Assembly: GCA_031549365.1 (NCBI GenBank)
Contig: JAVBPX010000007.1
Location: 1-64,000, forward strand
DNA: 64,000 nucleotides
Reading direction: 5' to 3'
Source of the DNA: Alphaproteobacteria bacterium
GTDB lineage: Bacteria; Pseudomonadota; Alphaproteobacteria; Rs-D84
The notes below the pieces were generated by a model. It made no database searches. It was not told where the DNA came from and worked only from the letters and a program-made list of their open reading frames with translations. The translations under genes were made by a program, and so were the position numbers. Positions 1 through 9,309 of this stretch are shown piece by piece. How positions within the stretch are numbered: the first letter of the stretch is position 1; each line of letters starts with the position of its first letter.

Positions 1-28
1 CAGCAACAGCAATCTTTGATTGCGTTGT

Positions 29-229
29 GGAGCCAAGGCTCCGCGGCAATCTTTATCTCGGCGAAACAACGTGCAGACGGATCATTTCAATTAAAAACCA
101 TCTCGCCCCAACGGGGAGAGATAATAAAACATATGATCTTCGATCATCATGTTTTATAGAGAGGGGGAAATAAAAACAATAACCACAATTAAACCATCCC
201 AAACCCTTGGTCATCCGGATCCCGCAGCC
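29..229. repeat. Dispersed composite palindromic repeat, family A (copy 1)
   Basis: Near-identical to 61761-61961. Its core CCATCTCGCCCC-AAC-GGGGAGAGATAATAAAACATATGATCTTCGATCATCATGTTTTATAGAGAGGGGG recurs at ~5557 and ~20100. Confidence 0.9.
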
Positions 230-496
230 ATTCGATTAATAGGCACATTGTCTTATTGGGCATAGACACAGATAATTAAAGTAATCGCACATTTAAAAAT
301 CAATCACACCGACCCCCGATTAACTTAAATTATGAACGGCAGTGAAATAATTTATAGTGTTTCTTGTTCGTTACCGACGGGCAAACAACACAAGCGCCGA
401 CCCAAATCCATAATAGTCGAAACAAGAGTCATATAGACGTTTTGTTTTTCAAAATCCGAAGGTCGCATCATTATTCAATAATAGTTGCAAACCAAA

Positions 497-612
497 AATC
501 ATTTCAAAATGTGATGATTGGGTGGATTTTTAATTTTTTGAAAAGGGTTAGCGTATTCAAACATACGAGCCGTTTTCGAAAAATTAAAAATGCGCCCAAG
601 GGCGCATTTTCA
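497..612. repeat. RPE-like long-hairpin repeat, family B
   Basis: TTTCAAAATG(T/C)GATGATTGGGTG...GCGTAT-N-CATACGAG...AATGCGCCCAAGGGCGCATTTT, similar to ~56645-56762 and ~62140-62258. Confidence 0.75.
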
Positions 613-620
613 AATGATTT

Positions 621-1070
621 TCACTGCATCATGGCCGTGAATACAGCTTCCGACACAACCTCTCCATTAACCTTGGCCTTACCCTCAAATTTGTACAATG
701 CGGCTTTTTGTGAAATCTGACGAACATGTAATTCCAAAACATCACCTGGAACGACGGTCTTTCTGAAACGCACTTTTTCAATCGCAGCAAAATAACCCAT
801 ATTTTCTTCACTTGATGTCCCCTTGCTATAAAAAGCAATCGCACAAGCAGTCTGGGCCAGCGCTTCAATCTGCAATACACCCGGCATTACAGGATGATTT
901 GGAAAATGTCCCTGGCACCAAAATTCATCGGATGTAACATTTTTAAATCCAACTCCTGTACCTTCTGGCGTTATATCATCAATACGATCCACTAATAAAA
1001 ATGGATACCTATGTGGAATTATGCCCATAATTTGATTTTGATCTATACTATTCTTTTTTACCATTATCAT
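621..1070 (-). CDS. fabZ: 3-hydroxyacyl-ACP dehydratase FabZ
   Basis: IPHRYPFLLVDRI and GHFPNHPVMPGVLQIEALAQ motifs; follows lpxD. Start trimmed from the ORF track (1070 or 1064). Confidence 0.95.
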   Translation of the reverse strand: MIMVKKNSIDQNQIMGIIPHRYPFLLVDRIDDITPEGTGVGFKNVTSDEFWCQGHFPNHPVMPGVLQIEALAQTACAIAFYSKGTSSEENMGYFAAIEKVRFRKTVVPGDVLELHVRQISQKAALYKFEGKAKVNGEVVSEAVFTAMMQ

Positions 1071-2121
1071 TCGTCCTTTTCTTGGACTGAATGCGAACCC
1101 AGGCAGTCTGACGCATAAAATCACCACCCTCGACGGCCGGATACCCCATATACTTGGCCCCTGCCGGAACGTCCTTCATAATTCCTGATTGCGCACCCAA
1201 TCTTGCGTCATCCCCGATATTTACTTTGTTTGCAATACCTACCTGTCCACCGACGAAAACGCGATTACCAACCACAGCACCGCCAGCCATACCAGACTGC
1301 GACGCTATGAAACACTCTGATCCAATAACTACACCATGTGCAACCTGAACCAAATTATCGATTTTTGTACCTTCTCCAATAATCGTATCGGACAAAGCTC
1401 CTCGATCTACACAGGTATTCGCCCCCAATGCCACGCGCTCACCTATGATTACTTTACCAGAATGGGGCACAGGAACATTTTTCCCATTCTCTATGGTATA
1501 ACCAAATCCCTCTTTGCCGATAACGACTCCGGGATAAAAAACACAATCTTTTCCAATTGTTGCATTTGCAACATAAACATTCGGATATAATACAGTACCA
1601 TCACCCAACGAAACATGGCGACCAACAAAACAATTCGCCCCTATCGAAACATTTGGCTCGATAACAGCGCCCATTTCAATAATTGCATTTGGTCCAATAT
1701 AAACTGATTTTTTGTTACGAAAAAACACACCTTGCGCAATCTTGGCTGTTTTGTGAATTCCAAACTTTCTGGGCTCAGCATAAACTATGCCTAAAATTTT
1801 AACCATTACCTGACGCGGGGCATCCGAAAAAATCAAAGTCGCATTTTTCGGGGCATATTTTGCATCACTTTTATCCAAAACGATAATCCCAGCCTTTGTT
1901 TTTTGCAAAATTTCAACTGGCAAAACTTTCATTACTTCACTTATTTTTTCGCGCGAATAAAAAGATAACTGATTATCCCTCGCATCAAAAATCGAAGCAA
2001 CTCCACCAATAATTTTATCGCCTTCACCCTTGAATTCCAAACCCAATTGTTCAACCAATTGGCGAACAGAAATCGCATTTGTAACACGTGGCGCAAACAA
2101 AGATTTTAACCATCCAAACAT
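1048..2121 (-). CDS. lpxD: UDP-3-O-(3-hydroxyacyl)glucosamine N-acyltransferase LpxD
   Basis: Hexapeptide repeats, GKEGFGY and GANTCVDRGALSDTIIGEGTKIDNLVQVAHGV; skp-lpxD-fabZ context. Confidence 0.95.
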   Translation of the reverse strand: MFGWLKSLFAPRVTNAISVRQLVEQLGLEFKGEGDKIIGGVASIFDARDNQLSFYSREKISEVMKVLPVEILQKTKAGIIVLDKSDAKYAPKNATLIFSDAPRQVMVKILGIVYAEPRKFGIHKTAKIAQGVFFRNKKSVYIGPNAIIEMGAVIEPNVSIGANCFVGRHVSLGDGTVLYPNVYVANATIGKDCVFYPGVVIGKEGFGYTIENGKNVPVPHSGKVIIGERVALGANTCVDRGALSDTIIGEGTKIDNLVQVAHGVVIGSECFIASQSGMAGGAVVGNRVFVGGQVGIANKVNIGDDARLGAQSGIMKDVPAGAKYMGYPAVEGGDFMRQTAWVRIQSKKRTNDNGKKE

Positions 2122-2141
2122 AAACATTCCTTTTCTAAAAA

Positions 2142-3224
2142 TTACGGACAAGCTTCAATTTGCTTAATAATATTAGTAATATCGCGCATAATTGACACTT
2201 TCATAGTGCGTCCCAATCCATCGCGATAAGTATATTCAAATGGCTGCCTACCGAATTCTGGCTCTTCGTTATAAATTGTAACAAAATCTCCCAAAATATC
2301 TTTGAACTTCTGCTTTTGCTGACACAAACAAGTATTTCTAACATCGGCCACCATGATACTGGTCGCCGTATTTGGAAATTTTTCATTCAAATCCAAATCA
2401 TTAACAAATAAACAACGTTGGCCCAATTGATAAAAATTCGCATCATCCACTAAAAATTTGTAAATCAAATCCTCTGATGCGCCGGCACGTTGCAATTGAT
2501 CAACCATACCATCAGAACAACAAGACTGTGAATTTTTGGCCAACAATTTATATCTATCCACTAAAAATTGGGCTTCTGGCGTATCGCTTGTAATTTCTTC
2601 TCCACTTCTGATCAAAGCAATCAAATCTTCGATCTGTTGATCTGTCGTTGTGCGAAATATTGGCAAAACACTTTCACGAACGTGTGGTTTTTTAAACCAA
2701 ACCATACATTCTTCTTCTGTTTCAAACGGGCAATAAACCCCGCTGGTTTCATAAATAACCTCTTCACTATTTTTGTGAATTTCAACCAACATTTCGTCTA
2801 AATTTTTAATAGAAACATTTTCTTGATTTAAAATCTTGGAATTCGATGCATCATATAAAACTTTTCCATTTGCACCAATTTTCTTTTCTAAAATAACAGT
2901 AATTTCCTGCACAGCTCGCTTATTATTATCTTCGATAACAATTGTCTTTTCTGAACGACTGCCAGATTTACTCTCAATAACTTCTTCAATTACATTTCCG
3001 CTTTCATCAACCATAACATATTCAACGTCTGACGACACTTTCGAGCGCGCAACACCATGCGCTTCATCATCGCGTCTAATTTGAATTGCGCCATTTTGAT
3101 TATCAACATCTAAAAACACGACAGAATCGCGCTCATTCATTGAATAATCGGTATTTGCCGGCTGTTCATACGAACACCCGGCTAATACTAAACCAACAAA
3201 ACCAAACAGAATTAATTTTTTCAA
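2142..3224 (-). CDS. Cys-rich hypothetical lipoprotein
   Basis: Lipobox (MKKLILFGFVGLVLAG-C), TTG start, several paired Cys in the C-terminal half. Confidence 0.7.
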   Translation of the reverse strand: MKKLILFGFVGLVLAGCSYEQPANTDYSMNERDSVVFLDVDNQNGAIQIRRDDEAHGVARSKVSSDVEYVMVDESGNVIEEVIESKSGSRSEKTIVIEDNNKRAVQEITVILEKKIGANGKVLYDASNSKILNQENVSIKNLDEMLVEIHKNSEEVIYETSGVYCPFETEEECMVWFKKPHVRESVLPIFRTTTDQQIEDLIALIRSGEEITSDTPEAQFLVDRYKLLAKNSQSCCSDGMVDQLQRAGASEDLIYKFLVDDANFYQLGQRCLFVNDLDLNEKFPNTATSIMVADVRNTCLCQQKQKFKDILGDFVTIYNEEPEFGRQPFEYTYRDGLGRTMKVSIMRDITNIIKQIEACP

Positions 3225-3884
3225 TTACATTCCCTTCGGAGCATCCATACGAACTTTGGATACTTTTTTATCCAACGCTTTAACAACATCATTTGTGATA
3301 TCCAAAGCAGGTGCGGAATTATTTGAAATTCTTACAAATCTTCCGTCCATAATCATATCCAATTTTTTCTTGGACGCGATTCCCTCGATCACAGGATCCA
3401 AATGATTTTTTTGAACATTTGCCAACGCTTTTTGGAACGCAGCATCAATTGCTTGGGCTTTTTCAGCAACACCACGTTGGAATTCATTTACTTTGTTTTG
3501 GTAATCAACAACTTTTTTTGACAAAGCCTCGCGAGACAAAACATCTTGTTTTGATTCAATGTCTTTTTTCTCAGACTCCAAAGATTTCTGAGTTTTTTCA
3601 ACATAAGATTTTAATTTTTTTTCATAATCTTCACGTTGTGCACGCAAATCTTTCAAAACGCCTGCATCTGCTTGAATCGCATCCATGCGCAACACAGCAA
3701 CATTCAAAGTAGCGGCAGACACAGCTTCATCGGAAACACCGGCCAAAACTGATTTCATACTTGGCTCCATCATGGAACGAACGCCCCAAATTGCCAACCA
3801 AACCACAGCCACTCCGGCAACAGCCATTCCGGCATATTTTCCGTATTTTTTTGTTTTTCCCATATCCATTTGTTTTTTTGCCAT
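3225..3884 (-). CDS. skp: OmpH/Skp family periplasmic chaperone
   Basis: N-terminal TM, long coiled coil, C-terminal DITNDVVKALD motif; upstream of lpxD; AGGAGA RBS. Confidence 0.8.
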   Translation of the reverse strand: MAKKQMDMGKTKKYGKYAGMAVAGVAVVWLAIWGVRSMMEPSMKSVLAGVSDEAVSAATLNVAVLRMDAIQADAGVLKDLRAQREDYEKKLKSYVEKTQKSLESEKKDIESKQDVLSREALSKKVVDYQNKVNEFQRGVAEKAQAIDAAFQKALANVQKNHLDPVIEGIASKKKLDMIMDGRFVRISNNSAPALDITNDVVKALDKKVSKVRMDAPKGM

Positions 3885-4067
3885 GAATATATCTCCTTTC
3901 TTTGTATTCATTACAGAGCTTATTTTACATCCACCCTAAAATATATGCAAGCACAAAACTTTCAAACAGCAAAAAACATTCACCCAACCCAACCAAATAT
4001 GTAAACCTCTGGCCCAACCGCCTTGATTCGGACAAAAAACCTACGATCATTTTTAATCTAATTTATA

Positions 4068-5276
4068 CTACTTATTCGCTCTAAATTTTTTCTTTGCCCT
4101 TCCGCGCGGACGCCTGCTACGGCCACCCTTCTTTTTCGCGCCGTCCGAACTTTCGGCTTTTTTATCTTCACTTTCACTATTTGGCAAACCATGTTCAATT
4201 TTTAATAATTTACAAATATCTTTCCATTTTCCATAGTCTTTCTCGGTCAATAAATTAATGGCGGCACCATTCGCACCAGCGCGCGCAGTACGACCAATTC
4301 TGTGAATATAATCTTCGGCGGCTTGTGGCAAATCGTAATTAATAACAGTCTCGATGTGCGAAATATCCAATCCGCGCGCGGCAATATCCGTCGCCACCAT
4401 AATTAAACACTTTTGACTACGAAATTCAGCAATCATACGATCCCGCTTTGCCTGTCGCATATCACCATGTAACGCACATACGAAAAATTTATCGTTATGC
4501 AATTTTTTCATCAAACGATCAGTACCATGCTTGGTCTTTACAAACACCAAAACCGAGCCCGGCTGTTTATCCAGCAATTCGACCAATTTTGCATATTTTA
4601 ACTCATCAGTAATATGAATTAATTCTTGCGTAATATTATCTGTAACAACATTTGCCTCACCAATTGCAACGCGTTCTGGATTGCTTAAATAAACACCAGC
4701 CAATTCCATTATATTTTTCGGAAACGTTGCCGATAACATCAAAGTCTGACGATCCTTTGGCATTTTTTCAACAATCGTTTCCAACTGTTTACCAAAGCCC
4801 ATATCCAACATACGATCTGTTTCATCCAACACCAACATATTGGCGCTTGTTAATTTCAGGGTCTTTTGCTTTAAATGATCATTAATACGACCTGGTGTCC
4901 CAACAACTAAACGCGCACCAGCTTTTATCTGACGCAATTGCTTTTCCATTGAATCTCCACCAATTAACAAAGCACTTGGGATTATCGCATCCTTACCCAT
5001 AATTTTTGAAATTTCGATTAAAACCTGGCTTGCCAATTCACGTGTTGGCAATAAAATCAAAACCTGATTTTTATTATCTTTTAATAAATGCGCAATTGCC
5101 GGAATTCCAAACGCAGCGGTCTTACCCGTTCCCGTCTGTGCGGACCCCAATACATCTCGTCCATCCAAAGCAATCGGAATAACAGCTTCCTGAACCGGCG
5201 TTGGATTAATATACTTCGACTGATCCAACATCCCTAAAATCTTGGATGGAATCCCCAAATCACTAAATTTTTTCAT
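4068..5276 (-). CDS. DEAD/DEAH-box RNA helicase (RhlE-like)
   Basis: Q-motif PTPVQ, AQTGTGKT, PTRELA, TPGR, DETD, SAT, ARGLD and HRIGRTAR; basic tail. Confidence 0.95.
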   Translation of the reverse strand: MKKFSDLGIPSKILGMLDQSKYINPTPVQEAVIPIALDGRDVLGSAQTGTGKTAAFGIPAIAHLLKDNKNQVLILLPTRELASQVLIEISKIMGKDAIIPSALLIGGDSMEKQLRQIKAGARLVVGTPGRINDHLKQKTLKLTSANMLVLDETDRMLDMGFGKQLETIVEKMPKDRQTLMLSATFPKNIMELAGVYLSNPERVAIGEANVVTDNITQELIHITDELKYAKLVELLDKQPGSVLVFVKTKHGTDRLMKKLHNDKFFVCALHGDMRQAKRDRMIAEFRSQKCLIMVATDIAARGLDISHIETVINYDLPQAAEDYIHRIGRTARAGANGAAINLLTEKDYGKWKDICKLLKIEHGLPNSESEDKKAESSDGAKKKGGRSRRPRGRAKKKFRANK

Positions 5277-5424
5277 ACTATCTCTTATTGTTATACGGGT
5301 TATCTCGTAACCCAAAAAAATACATACATTTGAATGAATAACGAATTTCATTTGAAACTATATAGACAAATTCCCAAAACGCAAGAAAATAGTAAGCCTA
5401 CACCTAATCCTATTTAGATTACTT

Positions 5425-5735
5425 TGTCATCCCTCGGGAATCACAACTCCGCACCAATCATTATCTCGGCGAAACAACGTGCAGACGGATCATTGCAATT
5501 AAAACCCGACAATTATTTGTCGTGGTTGAGTGGTGCGGGGGAAAATAAAAACACTATCCATCTCGCCCCAACGGGGAGAGATAATAAAACATATGATCTT
5601 TGATCATCATGTTTTATAGAGAGGGGGAAAATAAACCATTGCAACAGCAACTTTTTATTTGTCATTACTCGGGATGGATACAGAAAACAATTAATAATTG
5701 TTTTCCCAGTCCTCATCAGCAACAGCAATCTTTAA
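5425..5735. repeat. Family A repeat cluster (rearranged modules)
   Basis: Contains TTATCTCGGCGAAACAACGTGCAGACGGATCATT, the double-hairpin core (~5557-5636) and modules shared with 1-17 and ~61985-62032. Confidence 0.85.
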
Positions 5736-5790
5736 TTTCGTGGCCACATCGTCCACATTTATATAAAAACCAAAACTTAAACAATAAAAC

Positions 5791-5879
5791 TGGCGGAGGG
5801 ACCGGGACTTGAACCCGGGGACCACATTACTGCGGTCACAGATTAGCAATCTGCTGCATTACCGCTCTGCCACCCCTCC
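5791..5879 (-). tRNA. tRNA-Ser(GCT)
   Basis: Reverse complement reads GGAGGGGTGGCAGAGCGGTAATGCAGCAGATTGCTAATCTGT...GGTTCAAGTCCCGGTCCCTCCGCCA; long variable arm and encoded CCA. Confidence 0.97.
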
Positions 5880-6209
5880 GGATGCGTGCGACTCCGGGCA
5901 TAATGACCGATTTATTCCATAAAATCAAGCAAAAAACCAACCCCCGCCCATCGACACTTAATTATTGCAAATATAACAAGATTAATTGTTCAAACAACTG
6001 CACCCAAAACCCAACCACCAGATATAAGATTAATTTATTCTTACATTTTTTATTTGCATAAATAAAAAATGCCCCCACGGATCCGTGGGGAATTAAAAAA
6101 CGGATAATCATTTGTGTGCGACATATGGCCTGAAAAATCAAACCTCCCACAAAAAATCCTATAATCAAATAAAAACCACTATAATTTCATCCAGTGTGCC
6201 GACTATTTT

Positions 6210-6275
6210 TGATTCTTAATTTTTTGGGGGTTTCGCGTATTCAACATACGAGAACGCCTCCAAAAAATTAAGATC
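6210..6275. repeat. Family B hairpin (short form)
   Basis: TCTTAATTTTTTGGGGG...GCGTATTCAACATACGAG...CCTCCAAAAAATTAAGA inverted repeat. Confidence 0.65.
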
Positions 6276-6301
6276 CGAGAATAATGCGGACCGCTGGGGA
6301 A

Positions 6302-6769
6302 TTATCTAAAAAAGAACTTTACTTTGTTGGTGTTCCCGGACCTGTTACAATATAATTCCTTGCCCGCAGCATACCCATTAATACGAACTTCATCCACAAA
6401 ATCCATTTTTGCAATCGCAAAATAAGCACAATCCGAATAACGAACCTGTTCGTATTCAATTGCATAACGACTACCATTTGTTTCAGAGGTAGCAATCATT
6501 GAATCGCTAATTTGATTTTTCTCAGAACGAATTGCACCCGCTTTGATTAAATATGATGTCGAAATACCAGAATAATTTCCGCGCCCAGCAAATAAAATTT
6601 TAATAGAATCTGACAAAGTACGCAAATCATCAGTCGCAGTCATCTGACGCTGTTGACGTTGAACCGCTTGGAACAATGTCAATGCAGATATCACCATAAT
6701 GGCACCAATTGCCATAACGCCCAAAATTTCAATCAACGACCGACCAGATTCATTTTTAAAAACTCGCAT
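6302..6769 (-). CDS. Type IV pilin-like protein (PilS-type)
   Basis: Prepilin cleavage motif ESG|RSLIEILGVM plus a hydrophobic helix; C-terminal Cys pair. Confidence 0.8.
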   Translation of the reverse strand: MRVFKNESGRSLIEILGVMAIGAIMVISALTLFQAVQRQQRQMTATDDLRTLSDSIKILFAGRGNYSGISTSYLIKAGAIRSEKNQISDSMIATSETNGSRYAIEYEQVRYSDCAYFAIAKMDFVDEVRINGYAAGKELYCNRSGNTNKVKFFFR

Positions 6770-6824
6770 ATTCCTCTCCATTTTTCGCACGCCAATTATA
6801 TCATAAAACAAGCAAAATTCCAAA

Positions 6825-7643
6825 TTAAACTTTAAAATCCGTTTTTGCAGAAAACACCTGACGCACTCCTCTAACCCGAATTGCTGATTTTTGCATCCTC
6901 ATGGCCCCAGCCACCGCATCCATCCCGTCATCCTTGTTTTTTCCGATTGGATTAAACTCGGACATTTCGGTAATTAAATTTGAATCCATAACACGATTAT
7001 TAACATACATTTTCCCGGATGATAAAATCGGCTCAATTGCATCCATTATGCGCAATTCTTTTTTTTCATGATTAATAATCGGAACAATTGATATTTGAAA
7101 ATGTTCAATCTTGGCTTCTTGGCGTAAAATTTCTGGGATTGCGCTACCAACGCCATTAACCTCGATTCCAACAACATTTAAATCATATCGTCGCAAAAAA
7201 TTTAATACCGCCCGACACTGCGTTTTCATCGGATACAAATCATCATCTGAAACACGAATATATAAAACGTCATGAATAAAAACATTTTTTGACACCGCAT
7301 CAAAAAATAATAGCGCACAAACACTACCATCTGCCCGCGCACGTCCACTGGACGGATCCCAATAAACAGAATAATTGGATATCGAATATTGCCCCAAACG
7401 CCCCTCACCCCGATATGTAATCAACTCGGAATCATATTCAATCAAACGATTTGGATCCAGCCTAATTTTTTCAATTGGGATTACTTCCAACATCATCTGA
7501 GACATAAAAAGTCGAATCCCAACACGATCGCGCATTCTATTAATTGCATCAATTGAAAAAACCTCGGGCCAATTTGAATTTCCATTTTCATCCACAATTG
7601 GAATTTTTAAAATATCAAACCCATGCAAAAATCCTTGCTTCAT
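6825..7643 (-). CDS. Phage terminase large subunit, C-terminal nuclease half
   Basis: YWDPSSG, GIEVNGVG, KKELRIMDAIEPIL and KDDGMDAVAGA RNase H-like motifs; own GAGG RBS before MKQGF. Confidence 0.85.
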   Translation of the reverse strand: MKQGFLHGFDILKIPIVDENGNSNWPEVFSIDAINRMRDRVGIRLFMSQMMLEVIPIEKIRLDPNRLIEYDSELITYRGEGRLGQYSISNYSVYWDPSSGRARADGSVCALLFFDAVSKNVFIHDVLYIRVSDDDLYPMKTQCRAVLNFLRRYDLNVVGIEVNGVGSAIPEILRQEAKIEHFQISIVPIINHEKKELRIMDAIEPILSSGKMYVNNRVMDSNLITEMSEFNPIGKNKDDGMDAVAGAMRMQKSAIRVRGVRQVFSAKTDFKV

Positions 7644-7712
7644 AACAATCCTCATAAACCTTGTGTAATCTAGGGCTACAAGCAACACAATAAAAATAAA
7701 AAATATCACGCT

Positions 7713-7896
7713 ATAAAAAAACTCCGGTCTTGCAACCGGAGTTTATTCTGAGCGTCCACATAGAGAAGGAGGAAGGAAAGGAGAAAGGAACGCCCAAAAA
7801 CTTCAAAAACTTGTTATCCCAGGGGCCTAGAGGAGAGAGAATGTAGGAGGGAGTCTAGCACCCCTGGAATATATACAGGGGATTTCTCTCCTGATA
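7713..7896 (-). ncRNA. Predicted small RNA with CU-rich anti-Shine-Dalgarno loops (cuckoo/alpha-r14-like architecture)
   Basis: Sigma70-type promoter upstream, three stem-loops (two with CUCC/CCUCCU-rich loops) and an intrinsic terminator ACUCCGGU-N6-ACCGGAGU-UUUUUU. Confidence 0.7.
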
Positions 7897-7901
7897 CATC
7901 A

Positions 7902-7929
7902 AATATAACAAAAGTTTTTTATTTGTCAA
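7902..7929 (-). promoter_or_regulatory. Sigma70-type promoter of the predicted sRNA
   Basis: TTGACA (7929-7924), 16-nt spacer ending in TGT (extended -10), TATATT (7907-7902). Confidence 0.65.
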
Positions 7930-8135
7930 GGGAATAAATTAAAAAATCTTTTCTTTTGTCTAATTCGGTGAATCCACGCACTTCCCACAACTTAAAAAAC
8001 ATCAAAAACGCCAAGATTTTTCACCAAAATCAAACAATTATCCACAGAACACAAAGTGCAACGTGGAATCTCCCGGCTAATAAATAAAAATCCCCAGTAT
8101 GCTTTTGTTCAATGCAACCCGACGGCCGAAACACC

Positions 8136-8747
8136 CTACCCAACATCATAAATCGTGTCTTTGGCATGGGGCGTCCCAATATAAATCATCGCACCATCCG
8201 GCGACAAAATAAAATCCAACTCTTTTAAACGCTCTCTCATCTGTTCGCGCTTGATGGCCGTATTACAAGTATTCGGCACTTCAACATCATCACAAATAAT
8301 TAAATCTGCCCGCAATCCTGTGATATTTCCATGCAATCCCTGACATACAACCGACGGCTCACGCATACCGGGGCGCCGAGCAACAGTAATCCTATCTGAC
8401 GACCACTCTTTTTTTACACGCGGCACTAAATGTTGGCATCCCGGATGCGATTCGATAATATTTTTGATATGGGTAACCATGCGCGTTGCTAAATTTTGTT
8501 CGGCCGATAATATTAAAATTTTGCTTTCCGGCCTAACAGATAAAACATACGCGACAAATGCTCCAACCACAGATGATTTCCCAGAATGCCTAAACGCCAT
8601 CATTAACCCACGACGCGTATCCCCACATAAAACATTACATAAAAATTCAACCATACACCTATGATGCATCGGCATAGACAATCCTAAAAAATCATTCCAA
8701 ACATCAATAAAATCATTCACAGATTTTACATCAACGGATCGAAACAT
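8136..8747 (-). CDS. Phage terminase large subunit, N-terminal ATPase half
   Basis: Walker A AFRHSGKS, Walker B ADLIICDDVE, coupling motif YIGTPH; stops right after the ATPase domain. Confidence 0.88.
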   Translation of the reverse strand: MFRSVDVKSVNDFIDVWNDFLGLSMPMHHRCMVEFLCNVLCGDTRRGLMMAFRHSGKSSVVGAFVAYVLSVRPESKILILSAEQNLATRMVTHIKNIIESHPGCQHLVPRVKKEWSSDRITVARRPGMREPSVVCQGLHGNITGLRADLIICDDVEVPNTCNTAIKREQMRERLKELDFILSPDGAMIYIGTPHAKDTIYDVG

Positions 8748-9301
8748 CCATAATCATCCTCGGAATCAACAGAATCTGTAATTTTTCCATAATCATCAAT
8801 TAATGTTGGAATCGCATTATGCAACACATTGACCAAATTATAAAACAACCCCATTTGTCCAGATCCAACCCGGCTATTGATTAAATCATCAATATAATGC
8901 ATTTGCCCCAATAATTCTTTGGACCATTTTTTCATCTCTTCGTAACGAACAGACGACTCCATAGCATCCAAACTATACCCGGCAACATCCTTCATAGACT
9001 CCAATAAAAAATTAAAATCTGAATTTAGTTGATCTGCCTCGATCACACGATTTGGCTGATAATCGACCGCGCGCTCTAAATTAATAACACGCATAATTGT
9101 AACAACAACATCTTTTGCGGGCGGCACATCAAAATTGATAACTCCGCCAACCTTGCCGATTTGATGATCTACTTTATAAATTCCATATTCAATAACGTCT
9201 GAATTAACCATAACTTTAACATCATACTCGGAAAATATAAAAAACGGGAAACCAAACTCCATTTGAATCCCATCTGAAACATACTGTATTTTTTGAACCA
9301 T
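8726..9301 (-). CDS. Short phage tail fibre-like protein (T7 gp17-type N-terminal anchor)
   Basis: N-terminus YVSDGIQMEFGFPFFIFSEYDVKV...ADQLNSDF resembles podovirus fibre anchors; no long receptor-binding domain. Confidence 0.65.
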   Translation of the reverse strand: MVQKIQYVSDGIQMEFGFPFFIFSEYDVKVMVNSDVIEYGIYKVDHQIGKVGGVINFDVPPAKDVVVTIMRVINLERAVDYQPNRVIEADQLNSDFNFLLESMKDVAGYSLDAMESSVRYEEMKKWSKELLGQMHYIDDLINSRVGSGQMGLFYNLVNVLHNAIPTLIDDYGKITDSVDSEDDYGCFDPLM

Positions 9302-9309
9302 AACACACC

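Noticed and set aside
364-720. 118-aa plus-strand ORF
   Set aside because: Runs through a family B repeat and overlaps fabZ antisense; no RBS or motif.
5791-5879. tRNA-Ser(GCT) as the attachment site of the podovirus-like cluster
   Set aside because: No duplicated tRNA end and no integrase were found near the cluster, which lies on the 5' side of this tRNA.
7644-8135. Self-splicing intron or intein interrupting the terminase
   Set aside because: No recognisable group I/II core or homing ORF. The first half has a stop, the second has its own RBS, and the gap contains a promoter and terminator.
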